Below are positions 9,612-21,907 of a stretch of 64,000 nucleotides of DNA, in pieces. How positions within the stretch are numbered: the stretch's first letter is position 1; each line of letters starts with the position of its first letter. The position numbers and the translations under genes were made by a program. Source of the DNA: a virus; the IMG/VR virus record IMGVR_UViG_3300049436_000052, positions 233,433-297,432 of that record; one strand, written 5' to 3'. A model generated the notes under the pieces. It had not been told where the DNA came from and ran no database searches. It saw only the letters and a list, made by a program, of their open reading frames with translations.

Positions 9612-12075
9612 ATGTTTAAAATTGAGAAATTAAATAATATTGATCAAACGTTTGACAAACAGTTATTACCAAATGGTTTTATTAGAAATAAATTTGTTGA
9701 TTTATTTTATATAACATTGATGACTGAGTTTAGCCGTTTATTTAATTATGGGGTAATTATTCCCACCACAACAATATTTACAAATACCTTAAAAGATAAT
9801 TAATAATCTAAATTAAGATGTTTAAGATTGAAAAATTAAATGACATTGATCAAATACTTGATGATTTGTTATTATCAAATGGTTTATTTAGATATAATTT
9901 TGTTGATATGGTTTCTGTAGAATTGATGGATGAAGTTGATTTTTTATTTAATCATGAGATAGGTATTTCTACCAAAATAATACTGAAAATATATTAGATG
10001 TTGAATAATAATTTAAAACAGATGTTTAAAATCGAGAAATTAAATAATATTGATCAAATACTTATTAATCATTTGCTACCATATAGTGTAATTAGAGATG
10101 AATTTTATATAATGTTAATGGGTGAGCTTAATTTTTTAGTTCTGAATGAGATAGATATTTATTCTATATGTATATATAAAAATACATTAAAAGATGAATG
10201 AAAGAATAAATCTATTAATTAGTAGAAAGTTATATGAACGATTTGAACTACAAGTATATGTTCTAAGAACTTACTTTGATAATGATATTGATCTTAGTTT
10301 AGATGATATTTTAACAGATATTTTATATTCCAAATTAAAAGATGATTTTGAAAATTTTGGACAAATATTAAATTTAGAAAATGATCAAAAATATAGATTT
10401 ATTATTTGAAAAAAATATATCTGAACAATTCAAAATGAATCCATATTTGTGGCTATATTCTGATAATGATATTGATTTTAAGTTAAAAAGTACTATATTT
10501 AGTTCTCTATTTTCTGAGATAAATATAATTGATAATCAATTTAATCAAATATTAAGTAAAATATTATCTTTATGAATCCGAAAAATAACTTTAACTTTAT
10601 TAATTTCCATATAACATTATTATTGTTTAAAAATTCGTTTGACGTTCAAATAATAGGTTTTGGTGAAATTATTAAGATAGATGTTTGCAATCCAGACGAA
10701 TATTCGCTTGATATTCATTTGTGCGAAACTATGGGAAACTTTTTTATATGAAAAAAATGGTTGGTAAGTTGTCTTTTAAATATTCTTTAACTTTAGAACT
10801 TCAAAAAATGCTGGAAATTGGTTTACATCATTTTGATGTTGGTTTTATTCGTCGTACAATTAATATAGGTATTACTGATGATGATATTGGTGTTGAAATC
10901 AGAAAAAATCCTAATACATTAAATGAACTTTCTGAATTATATATTTTAATTAATGATGTTTAATGGATAGAATTCTTGATATAAATTTGATAAATTTATT
11001 TAAAATCAAAGGATGTTATTCTCGACCAGATTTTATTAATGTGGATTTATTTCAATTAGAATATGAAGTTTGTTTGAGTCATTATATTTAAGATTTCAAT
11101 TAAATATATAATATAGTTTAACTATGGAAAAAGAAACATTGTTTTATGAATTCCTTGATGAAAAAATTATTATGTTGTTTAACATTAAAGGACTATATTC
11201 TGAACCCGATTTCATACCACCATTATATTCTGGTTTAGTGTCGAATGTTTGCCTAAATGAAGTTTACAAATCTTGTCTTGAACTTTATGAGGTTTGTTAT
11301 TAAATCTTAATTTACTGAAAATGAATAAAATAGAACTTAAGACATTAGATAATGTTTTAAAAATAATTGACAATCTATTATTTGATTATTTTAATAATGA
11401 TATTAGTGGAGAAATTAAGAATTCGTTTAATGAAAACATTTCAGAAATTTTATTAGGATTGGATAGTCTTTTTAAAGAAGTGGGTATTGATGAGATCACA
11501 TATATTTTTGAATGAACTTATCTTCAGATAACATGAAAACAATTTATTTATCATTGCAAAATGAGCATAGTAACTTTATAAATGAAATGAATGATGTTGA
11601 AAGGATATTTCAATTTATGATTGGTTATAACTTTATTAAATTATTTTTCGAATTAAAAGGAAATCTTAGTTTAGATCTTGAAGAATTAAATGATATTAAT
11701 TTTTAAATTAAAATATTATATATGGTAAATGTTTTTAGTAACAATGTTTTAAAGGCTATTGAAGAGGATTTAAATTCAAAATGTATCAGATTCCACATTT
11801 CTTCTAAAGCTTATGAAAGAGGTTATGTTGATGTAAATTTTGAGTTATTAATGATATTAAACGATGATTTTGAAAATATTTTAATGGGTGAGATTGTAAA
11901 TTAAGGAAATGTGAAAAATAAAATTTTTGAAGAAAACTTTCAACTATATTTTAATAGATTATATCAACTTGATGAACTAATTCCATTAGAATTAAGAATA
12001 CTTTTAAATGTATTGGAATTTAATAACCAATATCGGAGAGAATTTGATGATATAGTTTTTTTGTTATCTGATTGA
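9612..12075 (+). other. minigene array A (~13 tandem 40-72 aa ORFs)
   Basis: Head-to-tail short acidic Leu/Ile/Asn-rich ORFs; first three begin MFKIEKLN(N/D)IDQ (9612, 9818, 10022). Confidence 0.75.
9818..9997 (+). CDS. minigene (59 aa), absent from ORF track
   Basis: MFKIEKLNDIDQILDDLLLSNGFIRYNFVDMVSVELMDEVDFLFNHEIG..., paralog of both neighbours. Confidence 0.75.
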   Translation: MFKIEKLNDIDQILDDLLLSNGLFRYNFVDMVSVELMDEVDFLFNHEIGISTKIILKIY

Positions 12076-12735
12076 TTTTTCATCATTAACCAACTTGTTA
12101 ATTTATTATGATAAAAGATTTTTAACTTTTTTTAACATAAACATTAAAACAAATTTTAATAATTGTCGTATAAATAAATAAACTTAGAAATTTTAGGTTT
12201 AAATGCCTATAAAAAAATACAAGAATGGAAGATAAATTTTTTTATGTTTTTAAATCTGATCTTGGTACAAAAGAAAGTAAAATAAGAAATTTAAATAAAG
12301 AACTTTCATCTGCTTTATATTATAAATTAAGTGATTTAATACTTGGTACTATTTTTCAAAGTGTTGAAATTGCATTAACATTTGAAGAAGATGTTGTAAA
12401 TGATTTAGAATTGTGTACTTTTTAACTATAATAAATAAAATAACAATGAAAAACTGGAAGGAAGAGGCTCAAAAAATTTTGGATAAACATTTAACAACAA
12501 TGTTAAATAAATACCCAGAATCTTACAAAACATTAGAAGAAATGACAAAATTGCCTGAATATGAAATTATAATTAATGTAATGTTTGAATTTGCCAGATT
12601 GTACGCAAAAGAAGCTTTTGAAGCAGCTAGAAAATTGGTATTAAATAAAGGCAGTTTTGAAAGAAAAGACACTAATGAATGTTATATAAATATGTTTGAA
12701 ACATTTAACGATTTTTTAACTAATAATAAAATATC

Positions 12736-13053
12736 ATGAAAACAAAAAAATTATTTATTGTAATTTTTATAATCCTACTATACTCATTATTAGGATTATT
12801 TGGTTGTACAAAACCAGTTAAAGAAACTGTGGAAGATCCAACAGTAACCACTACAGTAAAACTTCAAGAATTGCCAAAAGATACTGTTGTGATTAGTGTT
12901 GATGATGACAAGCTTTATGTTTTTGATAAAGATAATAAAGTTATTTATGTTACAACGGGTGAAAATATAACAGGAAATGGGATGTTAATATTTTTGTTTA
13001 TATTTTTAGTATTCTTTCTTATAATATCAATATTTGCCAACATTAATCAATAA
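12736..13053 (+). CDS. putative lipoprotein/membrane protein
   Basis: Signal peptide with LFGC lipobox and C-terminal hydrophobic helix. Confidence 0.6.
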   Translation: MKTKKLFIVIFIILLYSLLGLFGCTKPVKETVEDPTVTTTVKLQELPKDTVVISVDDDKLYVFDKDNKVIYVTTGENITGNGMLIFLFIFLVFFLIISIFANINQ

Positions 13054-13069
13054 TTAAAAATTTTCGATT

Positions 13070-13447
13070 ATGAAAACATTAAGAAGAGTTAGCACAAGTG
13101 AAAGACTTCCAACTAAAGAAGGGATTTATTTTGTTGTTAAATTAAACGGTATTATAGATACATTAGTTGCAATACCGAAAAATGAAAATAATAGAATTTG
13201 GTGGAAGCAAGATGTAGAATATTGGTATGAAGAAATTGAAAATTTAAATAATTTTGAATTTGTTATTCCACTACTTGAAGAATTAGGTTTTGTAAAAGGC
13301 GCTAAATATGAACATACAACAGGAACATATACATTAGATGGTGATTTATGTAGTGATGAAAATGGTGTATGTGAAACTGGAAGTGGAAATTATTTATGGG
13401 TTTACTTTAAAGGACTGTGTGCCAAATTAGTGAATAACGATTTTTGA
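13070..13447 (+). CDS. hypothetical protein (DUF551-like N-terminus)
   Basis: VSTSERLP..EG.Y.V...VEYW pattern. Confidence 0.5.
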   Translation: MKTLRRVSTSERLPTKEGIYFVVKLNGIIDTLVAIPKNENNRIWWKQDVEYWYEEIENLNNFEFVIPLLEELGFVKGAKYEHTTGTYTLDGDLCSDENGVCETGSGNYLWVYFKGLCAKLVNNDF

Positions 13448-13631
13448 ACCTAGTAATAAATATTAAAATGAAAACCAATGACATGTTTTGTGAATTGTTT
13501 GATAAAGAATTAAAAACAGTTTGTATTGGAAAAGGATTTATGTGTTTTAATGAAATGCACTTTGAATTGGAGAATGAACTTTATTTAGATCTAGCTAGAT
13601 TTATGAGTAATTTAAATCAAGAAATATTAAT

Positions 13632-13934
13632 ATGAACATAAAAGAACGTTATAAATTAAACAAATCGTTAAAAGTTGGTGATGTTTGCATTTGCCCTTCT
13701 TGTGGAAGTAAATTTATAAAAACTAATTATCAACAAGCTTTCTGCAAAACCAAAAGTAAAACAAAATGCAAGGATAGATACTGGAATACCGTAACACCAA
13801 CTAAAAGAAATAACACAACCAGAATTTCTCCTGCTAATGCTGCGTGGATGAGTAGTAGAGAAAACAGATTTAATCCTGAAGATTATGAACATCCATTTAG
13901 TTGTGAAGGATTAGGACAGTGGATAGATGATTAA
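13632..13934 (+). CDS. zinc-finger protein
   Basis: CPSCG...FC...CKDRYWN. Confidence 0.6.
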   Translation: MNIKERYKLNKSLKVGDVCICPSCGSKFIKTNYQQAFCKTKSKTKCKDRYWNTVTPTKRNNTTRISPANAAWMSSRENRFNPEDYEHPFSCEGLGQWIDD

Positions 13935-14580
13935 TTTACATACCAAATGAAAAGATTTAAAAAAGTTTTTATTGAATTAAAAATATATGAATAAAAACAT
14001 AAACACAATATTGACACAAAACACTATATTTTTGGTGGATGATTTATATAAATTCACACGTACTAATGTGGGTAATATATTTTTTGATGAAATTATGGAT
14101 GAAATAGATGATTTATATTATTTGTTTTTAGTAAATTCAATAAACGAATAAAATATCATAAAACTTTCATAAAATAAAAATCATGGAAAATTTGTTCAAC
14201 ATAATAATTAATAATTCTAAAGAAATATTTAAACATCAAATAGAATCACATCTTGAAATGTTTAGGAATAATTTGAAATTAATTGAGAAAACTAAAAGAG
14301 AATTATTTGATTCTTTTGAATTTCAGTTATCTCCAATGGAAAATTCTAATATACCAATATTTGATAATTTTCAACTAGAAGATAATAATCCCAAATCATT
14401 AAAAGATGTTCTTGAAAAGTATTGCAAAATAAACGATAGAGGGTATTATGAAAATAATAACGTTTCTTGTTGGTTATTAAAAAATTCATTAAATAATAGT
14501 GATTTGGTGGAAGTTTATCAAGGTAATAATCTTTTAGGGAATTTTACTAATATTAATGATTTGATAAGTTTTTTTGAAAA

Positions 14581-15089
14581 ATGATAAATAACAATATTTA
14601 TAAAAATTTAGATAATGTTTTACAGATAAACATTAATGTATTGGATGAATTAAATTTGGAACTTTATTGTGAACTTATTGATAATTTATATAATACTTCT
14701 GAAGATAGGGAACTTCGTATTGTGTTTAATTTTGTGGTTGAGTAATAAATGGAAAATCAGTTTTACGATAGAATTCAAAAATTTAGTTGGTTGTTTGATT
14801 ATGATATTGATCAGAAAATTTCAATAAATATAAAAAACATAATTTCTATTGAACTTAGATTAGAACTATATAAAGAATTAGGAAATTATTTTAGAATTAT
14901 GTTTAACGAAATAGAATGAATGATAAATTTTTAAATAAGGTTTATAGTGTTGATTGGCATTTAAATTCTGATCTTAATTACCCACTTTCAGGATATTTAC
15001 TTAATTTAGTTTATTCTGAACTTAAATCAGAACTCAATGAAGATTTAAATACTAATATTTATGATATATTTAACGAAATAATTAATTAA
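14581..15089 (+). other. three tandem minigenes (below ORF-track cutoff)
   Basis: Abutting ~55-aa ORFs with ELNLELYCEL / IELRLELYKEL / SELKSELNEDL tetrads. Confidence 0.65.
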
Positions 15090-15972
15090 AAATAGGAGAT
15101 AAAAAAAAATGACTTATAATGTAAGCGGTAAAGCAAATTGGACTATTCAAGACACTCCAAAAACAAAAAAAACCAAAGTAGAAGACAAGGTAGAAGAAAA
15201 AACAAATGTGGATTACAAGCCATTTGATAAAGATTCTTTTGATAGATTGTTATCAAATGCTAAAATAGAATATGATCTAACACACTCAAAGAATTTGGGC
15301 GATATCTTAACACATTTGGAAAGAATTGATAATTTACTTAAAATTTAAAACATTATGAAAATATTATGGTTTCTAATCTTTATAATTATAGAACTAACCG
15401 TTATTTGGTTAATAGGCAGTTTCATTGCGATGGATATAAATCCTTTACATTGGTGGTTATTTACTGAAGCTAGTGGAAGAATTGCATCAGTACTAATTCT
15501 TCTTCTATTAATTGCTGGTAATGTTAAAGCACTAACCGAAGATTATTGAAACAACCATTAATGCTAAATCTTCTGAATTAGATAGAATTAGAGAAAGCAT
15601 AACAGTCGATTTATCTGATATGCTTTCTTATTTTCTTTATTGGAAATATACAGAAATGTTTAGAAATATTTTTAATGAATTCGATGAAATTGAAAATATG
15701 TTTAATATCATTAATATACCAGTTAGTGATATTGAATGTATTTTGGATTAATATATTAGAAAATTTGGTATAACAAAAACAATAAAATTTATGCTTCTAG
15801 GGCTTTTATTTCTATTATTGACATTATATTATATAAGTGTTATTATCGCATTAATAATTGGTGATTATCACTCAAAAAAAGAATTCTACTTTGATCTTAT
15901 TCCATTGTTTGGGTTGGTTCAAATATTTATTTTATTTATGAAAATAATGAAAAAATAATATTAACTTAGAAT

Positions 15973-18248
15973 ATGAATAAATTTAATATACAACAGTTTG
16001 ACATTAAAGTACATATTGTCGTTAATTTGTGGTTTAATTTTGACTATGAATTTAAATATAAACTTATATGTGAATTGGAAGATTGTTTAAAAATAACATC
16101 AATGGCGGAGCTTGCAAATCTTGGTAATGAAATTTCAAGAAAATATTAGAATGAATAAAATTTTTGATATAAATTTACATAATAAGATAATTAAAACGTT
16201 TGATTCTATTGAAAATGTAATTGAAAATGATTTTAACTATATCCTATGTGATGAATTGCGTGAACTCATTAGCATTGATAATCGTTTTGGATTGACTGAA
16301 TTAACAAGATCAATTATTGAATGTTTATAATATTCTTTCATAAAAAAATGTTATGGATAAGAAATTTGATGAAAATTTGCTTAATAATATATTTAATATA
16401 ACCAATTTTATTGAAGAAATTGCTAATAACATTCATACTAGATTACTGTTTAAAATTCGTAATATTTTTATCAATAATAACAATACTATTAAATTGAATG
16501 AATTAATGGGTGCGATTGATGAGAACAATTGATTTAACCAGAAATAATCAAATTCTGATGAATATACGAAACTTTGAAAGAAACTTGAATTCAAAACTAA
16601 ATAAGTTTATTTTTGAATTTGAAAATGACTATATTCGATATGATTTTCTTGTTGAACTCTTTAATATTAATATTGATATTGGTGAAGAATATGACTATAA
16701 TATAATTTGTAATGAATAGTTTCTACAATAAATTACTTAGTAAATTTAGTTATAAATATTATAGTGAATTGTTTGGGATTGATAATCTCAACGACAATTT
16801 GTTTTCATTTCTTCGAAATGAATTAGAAATAAACATGGAACTTTATGAGGAGATCGAAACGTTTAATTATAATGAATAGAAATAGGTTATATGATGATTT
16901 GTATAATTTTGTTAATTATAAATTTGATGATGAAATTTGGGATATTGCTTATCTAAATTTAGAAGATAAATTAAACTTATTTCTTCAAAATGTACTTGAT
17001 ATTAATAAAGAGTTATATAATTTAAATGAAAACTTTATTCTTGATGAATGATCAGTTTTATGATATTTTACTTAATAAATTTAACAAGAAGTTAGATTTT
17101 GAATTTAGCAATAAATTAGATAGAAAACTTAATAATGAATTATATCTTACGATTTGGCATGAATTAGATCTTGATGTTATGTACAATATGTTTAATCAAA
17201 GGACTAATTCTGCTTTTTAAAAAACAACATTAATTGTAATAAAATGAATAAATTACACACACCACTTTATAGTAAATTGATATCATTTAATGATCATAAA
17301 CTTGCTGTAGTGACTAAAGAAATTGATGCTGAGTTGTTTTTAGTTCTTTGGGATTTTTTTGAAATGGATGTTTATCATGATATGTTTACTGGTGATAATA
17401 ATTCAGCATTTGAAATAAAATAAGAAATGGAAAATGATATTAATGTTATTGGTGAGTCTGGACACGACTTTGTAGATAAATTATATAATTATACGAATGG
17501 TTTAAATTTAAATTCCTTTATTGATTTAAATTTATTTAAACATTTAGATATTTAGATTTTAATTTTGGAAATTTAAGCAATTTTAAAATATTCTCTAATG
17601 AACTTTCTGAACTATATATTGATACAAAAATTTAGTAATTAATTCTATTTATGAAACGTTTCTTAATCGAAAATGTTTATTTAAATCAAATAGATTCTGA
17701 TTTTTATATGGATTTTGAAATGAAATTTTTATTATCTCTTTGGTCAAAAGTTCATGATGAAATAAAATTAGATATATCTAATCAACAATATGAACTTTAT
17801 CTTGAAATTGAAAAAACATACGAAAATGATTAATAACAAAACATCTTTCGAACCTAGAAAACTTGGTAATAATGAAACTGTTAATGAAATCATCCCTATA
17901 CTTAATATGTTGCTTAATCCAAATCTATATCTTGAGTTAACTGGTAATATATATGTTGAGGTTAATATAGAATTAAAAAATTGTATTGATCTTTCATTAC
18001 ATTTATCTCATTAAATTATGATGAATAGAAATAGATTGTATGTTAAGTTATATAATGGATTAAATCTTAATTTTGATGATGAAATTAATCCTAAACTTGA
18101 TAATTTATTTAACACAAATTTATATGTTGAACTAAAACGACTGTTAACTATTAATTTATATGTTGAAGTTAATAGAGAATTAAAAGACTGTATTGATCTT
18201 TCGTTACTTTTTTATGTTTATATACGAACTTTCTTCAAGGATTTATAA
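15973..18248 (+). other. minigene array B (~12 ORFs)
   Basis: Abutting short acidic ORFs with xxEL periodicity; local paralogs (MNRNRLY twice; NxYVEVNxELKxCIDLSL twice). Confidence 0.75.
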
Positions 18249-18299
18249 AATTTATTATTACAATTTTTTTTGTTATTAACATTTATTAACTAAATGCCT

Positions 18300-18325
18300 G
18301 AAACAAAACAATGATATTTTTCGTA
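18300..18325 (+). promoter_or_regulatory. ECF-type promoter
   Basis: TTAAC-N5-TTAAC...GAAAC-N17-CGTA. Confidence 0.75.
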
Positions 18326-18832
18326 GAACTAATATTATAAACAACAAAAATATCTCATGGAAATTATATTTGTCAATAAAAATCCTAATTTTACAATTGT
18401 ATGTGGATTAGATGAAATTATAAACGGTATTGAAATAACTACATTTGATCTTGCAAATAATCACAAAATTCTTAATCTGTTACATTTCATCTCTATGTAT
18501 GCCGAAAATGATGGTTCTGATAAACAGAAAAAATATGCATTTGATTTCTTTTGTTATTATATTTCTGCGTTTGATAGTGATAATAGTAAAAAGAAATTTG
18601 ATATTTTAAGTAAAAACCCAAAACTTCAAATATTATGTTCTGGGGAATTGCTAGGTAATTTGAAATCAAATTTTTAAACTTAATCACATGAAAAAAAATA
18701 CATTATACTATAAAAAAGAAACTGCCCGAAAAATGATGAATTTTCATGGCAAATTGCTTGCTTGGTCATTAGTTATTGCGGTTTTTATAGTAATTATTGC
18801 AACATTAAGTTAAGAATAAAAAGCGTCTATTG

Positions 18833-18870
18833 AAAATCCTTTAGAATATTATTTTTTAAAGGATTTTTTT
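18833..18870 (+). terminator. intrinsic terminator (ATCCTT...AAGGAT family)
   Basis: AAAATCCTTTA...TAAAGGATTTT hairpin plus T-tract. Confidence 0.7.
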
Positions 18871-18898
18871 TTCATTAACATTATTTAACTAAATTATT

Positions 18899-18924
18899 GA
18901 AACATTTTATCCGATTTAAACGTA
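18899..18924 (+). promoter_or_regulatory. ECF-type promoter
   Basis: TTAACATTATTTAAC-N9-GAAAC-N17-CGTATAAG. Confidence 0.8.
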
Positions 18925-18960
18925 TAAGAACTATATAAACAATTAAAATAAATAAGTATC

Positions 18961-19338
18961 ATGAAAACATATCCACAATTCCCTGAAGATTGGAAAGATG
19001 CAAAACAAACTCTTTATAGAAATTTTTATTTGAAAAGTAGTGTTGATATTGAAATTCTAAAAGATTTGGTTAAAACTCATATTTCTGATAAGGGCAATAA
19101 TGGTGTTTTACGGGCAAGATTGTTAGGCATTCTCAATTCTTATTTTAGTAGAGCTAATGAACTTTTTTGGACAAAACACTATCATCCATATACATATAAA
19201 CTTATTTTATTTTGGAAACATACTGGAGAATGGTTTGCAAGAACTTTCAATACTTGTAAATTTCGTAATAATGTAGAATTATGTAATATTGCCTCCTCTG
19301 TGGTGGATGAAATCCTTGCTGAAGAAAAAAGTAAATAA
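18961..19338 (+). CDS. hypothetical protein
   Basis: 125-aa ORF behind conserved promoter and leader. Confidence 0.7.
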   Translation: MKTYPQFPEDWKDAKQTLYRNFYLKSSVDIEILKDLVKTHISDKGNNGVLRARLLGILNSYFSRANELFWTKHYHPYTYKLILFWKHTGEWFARTFNTCKFRNNVELCNIASSVVDEILAEEKSK

Positions 19339-19563
19339 TAAAATAATAAATATCATGAACCCAAATAAACAAAAATGTCCATTTAAAGATTATGAAATAA
19401 TCAACTCTGAATCTTTTAAATTAAGATATCATTGTGTGGGATATTATGGTTATAGAAAACCAGATGAAATTGCTGAATATCCACACGAAACACATGTTTT
19501 TCAAAGTCATTTTGTAATAAAAATATTCAATTATTGTTTAAACTAATTAAATAAATAAACATC

Positions 19564-19953
19564 ATGGAAACATCAAACAATTGGAAATTTAATATAAAGA
19601 TTAAACATCTTTTTACAAGCAAAACAACGCCTGAAGTAATAATAATCATATGCACTTCTTTAATTCAACAATTAAAATCATTGATTGAAAGTATTGAAAA
19701 ATCAAACATTGTTGAAGACGATAAATATTATTTAACTTCAAATCTTGAAGAGATTAAAGATGGTTTTCAATTTCTTCAAGAACTTGCAGATGGTTCAATT
19801 CCAGAAAATGAATGGGATGATTATTGTTTTGAGGGTGATTTCGAAAGTGAATTTAATGGTAATTTAACAACACTTTATGATCTTGCTGATTGTAAAATAG
19901 AATCAAAATCTGGTGATGATACTATTCAGGAAAAATTTCTTTGGATTGATTAA
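19564..19953 (+). CDS. hypothetical acidic phage protein
   Basis: 129 aa; FNxxLxxLYDxAD...LWI motif. Confidence 0.7.
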   Translation: METSNNWKFNIKIKHLFTSKTTPEVIIIICTSLIQQLKSLIESIEKSNIVEDDKYYLTSNLEEIKDGFQFLQELADGSIPENEWDDYCFEGDFESEFNGNLTTLYDLADCKIESKSGDDTIQEKFLWID

Positions 19954-20044
19954 TTAAAATAATTAAAATACATCTATTAAAAAAATCTCTTATAACTTAA
20001 TTTGTAAGGGATTTTTTTCATTAACATTCTTTAACTAAATTATT

Positions 20045-20070
20045 GAAACAAATTATCTGGTTTGTTCGTA
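20045..20070 (+). promoter_or_regulatory. ECF-type promoter
   Basis: GAAAC-N17-CGTATAAG, preceded by terminator 19982-20018. Confidence 0.8.
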
Positions 20071-20103
20071 TAAGAAGTAATATAAACAATTAAAAAATAA
20101 GTT

Positions 20104-20304
20104 ATGGAAACATTTTATTATTCGATAAAAACGGCAAATAAATCTTGGAATGAAACCAAGCAACATGAAATTGAGTTTGATTCGTGGGAAAATTTTGGAA
20201 AGTTCTGTAATGGACTGTCAAAACATTTAAAAAAAGAAATTAGGGGATGCGAAACTTCTGGCTATAATAATCAGGGATCGTATTTTTATAAATTTTGGAC
20301 ATAG
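20104..20304 (+). CDS. hypothetical protein, short paralog of 6585..6944
   Basis: Clear sequence similarity over its whole length. Confidence 0.75.
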   Translation: METFYYSIKTANKSWNETKQHEIEFDSWENFGKFCNGLSKHLKKEIRGCETSGYNNQGSYFYKFWT

Positions 20305-20418
20305 TAGTAAAGTTTTTTTGTGAATGTTTCTCAATCAAAATGTAGCTGATTTACAAAAAAACTTGCAAATTGTAAAAGATAGTGTATCTTTACAAAAAAT
20401 TAGACTATTTACCAATAG

Positions 20419-21621
20419 ATGAAAGTAATTCACAAATCATACAAGTTTAATATTGCTCCTGATAATGAGCAAAAAGAGCTCCTTGCAAAACATTTCGGAG
20501 CTTGCAGGTTTGTGTTTAATCGTTACTTGAATAATAGGAAAGAAAATTATTTAAATGATAAAACTTCCTTAAATTATTATGACAATGCTAACGATTTAAC
20601 TAATTTAAAAAAACAAAATGAATTTAATTGGTTAAAGGAAATTAATAGTCAATCATTACAATCTTCTTTAAGAAATTTAGATACTGCATACAATAAGTTT
20701 TTTAGAAAGCAAAGTAAATTTCCAAGATTTAAATCAAAGTATGATAGACAAAGTTTTACTATACCACAATCATTAAATGTTGAAGTAGATATGTTGTTTA
20801 TACCAAAATTTAAAGAAGGTATTAAAATAAATTTACATAGAGAAATTAAAGGTAAAATCTTGTTTGGTACAATATCCAAATCTACAACAGGTAAATATTA
20901 TGTAAGTATAACTTGCGAAATAGAATACACTCCTATTGAAAAAACAAATTCAAAAGTTGGTATTGATACTGGAATTAAGGATTTGGCAATATTATCTAAT
21001 GGTAAAACATATAAAAATATTAAAACACTTAAAACCAATTTAAAGAAAATAAAATATAACCAAAGACAATTATCTAAAAAAGCAAAAGGAAGCAATTCCA
21101 GATTAAGACAAAAATCAAAACTTGCAAAAGTACATGAAAAAGTAACCAATATTAGGAAAGACTATTTGCACAAAGTCACTACAGAAATAATCAAAAACCA
21201 CGATGTGATTTGTATTGAAGATTTAGCCGTAAAAAATATGATGAAAAATCATAAATTATCACAAGCATTTTCTGATGTTGCTTTAGGTACTTTTTATACA
21301 ATGTTAGAATATAAAGCTAATTGGAATGATAAGACAGTTGTTAAGATTGACAGATATTTTCCAAGTAGCAAAACCTGTAATGTTTGTAATTACATTAACC
21401 AGGATTTAACATTAGATATTAGGGAATGGACTTGTCCAGATTGTAATACAGTACATGATAGGGATTACAATGCAAGTTTAAATATATTAAAACAAGGATT
21501 AAATATATTATCTGGTTCAGGAATTGAGTCGGATATAAAACAAAAACGTAGTGAGGCGTTGCCATTAGGTGAGTCTATGACCTACGAAACCCAACCTATT
21601 GCTATTAGCGTAGGTGAGTAG
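20419..21621 (+). CDS. tnpB: IS200/IS605-family RNA-guided endonuclease TnpB
   Basis: N-terminal HTH (FGACRFVFN), RuvC D (GIDTG), E (IEDL), Zn finger (CNVC..CPDC), HDRDYNA. Confidence 0.95.
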   Translation: MKVIHKSYKFNIAPDNEQKELLAKHFGACRFVFNRYLNNRKENYLNDKTSLNYYDNANDLTNLKKQNEFNWLKEINSQSLQSSLRNLDTAYNKFFRKQSKFPRFKSKYDRQSFTIPQSLNVEVDMLFIPKFKEGIKINLHREIKGKILFGTISKSTTGKYYVSITCEIEYTPIEKTNSKVGIDTGIKDLAILSNGKTYKNIKTLKTNLKKIKYNQRQLSKKAKGSNSRLRQKSKLAKVHEKVTNIRKDYLHKVTTEIIKNHDVICIEDLAVKNMMKNHKLSQAFSDVALGTFYTMLEYKANWNDKTVVKIDRYFPSSKTCNVCNYINQDLTLDIREWTCPDCNTVHDRDYNASLNILKQGLNILSGSGIESDIKQKRSEALPLGESMTYETQPIAISVGE

Positions 21622-21646
21622 TTCACAATGTGGTTACTTTGCCAAA
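21480..21646 (+). ncRNA. predicted omegaRNA of TnpB-1 (element end GTAGTTCAC at 21618-21626, guide follows)
   Basis: 3' end conserved with the second tnpB up to GTAGTTCAC, then diverges; 5' boundary approximate. Confidence 0.55.
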
Positions 21647-21678
21647 GAAAAAAATTAACGTTCTTTAACTATAATAAC

Positions 21679-21704
21679 GAAACATTTTTAATTAATTTTA
21701 CGTA
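21679..21704 (+). promoter_or_regulatory. ECF-type promoter driving the ncRNA candidate
   Basis: GAAAC-N17-CGTATAAG; lacks the usual TAAACAA leader and nearby ATG. Confidence 0.75.
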
Positions 21705-21713
21705 TAAGTATAT

Positions 21714-21907
21714 ACCCACTGCCTAAAAAGTAGATAAGCGAAACTTATTAAAGATATTTTAGGATGGTATAAAGAAAGTCCAATTCTTTCCTGTGGGTCG
21801 AATGCCGTTCGAATCGGCTCGTTGATTGAGGTTAGGTAAGTGACAAGGTTTAATTCCTTGCAAATTAGTTGATACTACAAACAATCTGGCAGCTTGGAAA
21901 GACAAGC
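21714..21907 (+). ncRNA. structured non-coding RNA candidate
   Basis: ACCCAC/GTGGGT, CCTAAAA/TTTTAGG, ATAAG/CTTAT, GAAAG/CTTTC, GCCG-TTCGAAT-CGGC, CAAGG-TTTAATT-CCTTG, GCTTG-GAAAGA-CAAGC helices; GC-enriched. Confidence 0.65.

Noticed and set aside
9612-18248. Diversity-generating retroelement behind minigene variation
   Set aside because: No reverse transcriptase in the window and no TR/VR pair with adenine-only differences seen; paralogs differ at all bases.
21795-21865. tRNA gene
   Set aside because: T-loop-like hairpins are present, but no D-arm, anticodon arm or acceptor stem geometry.
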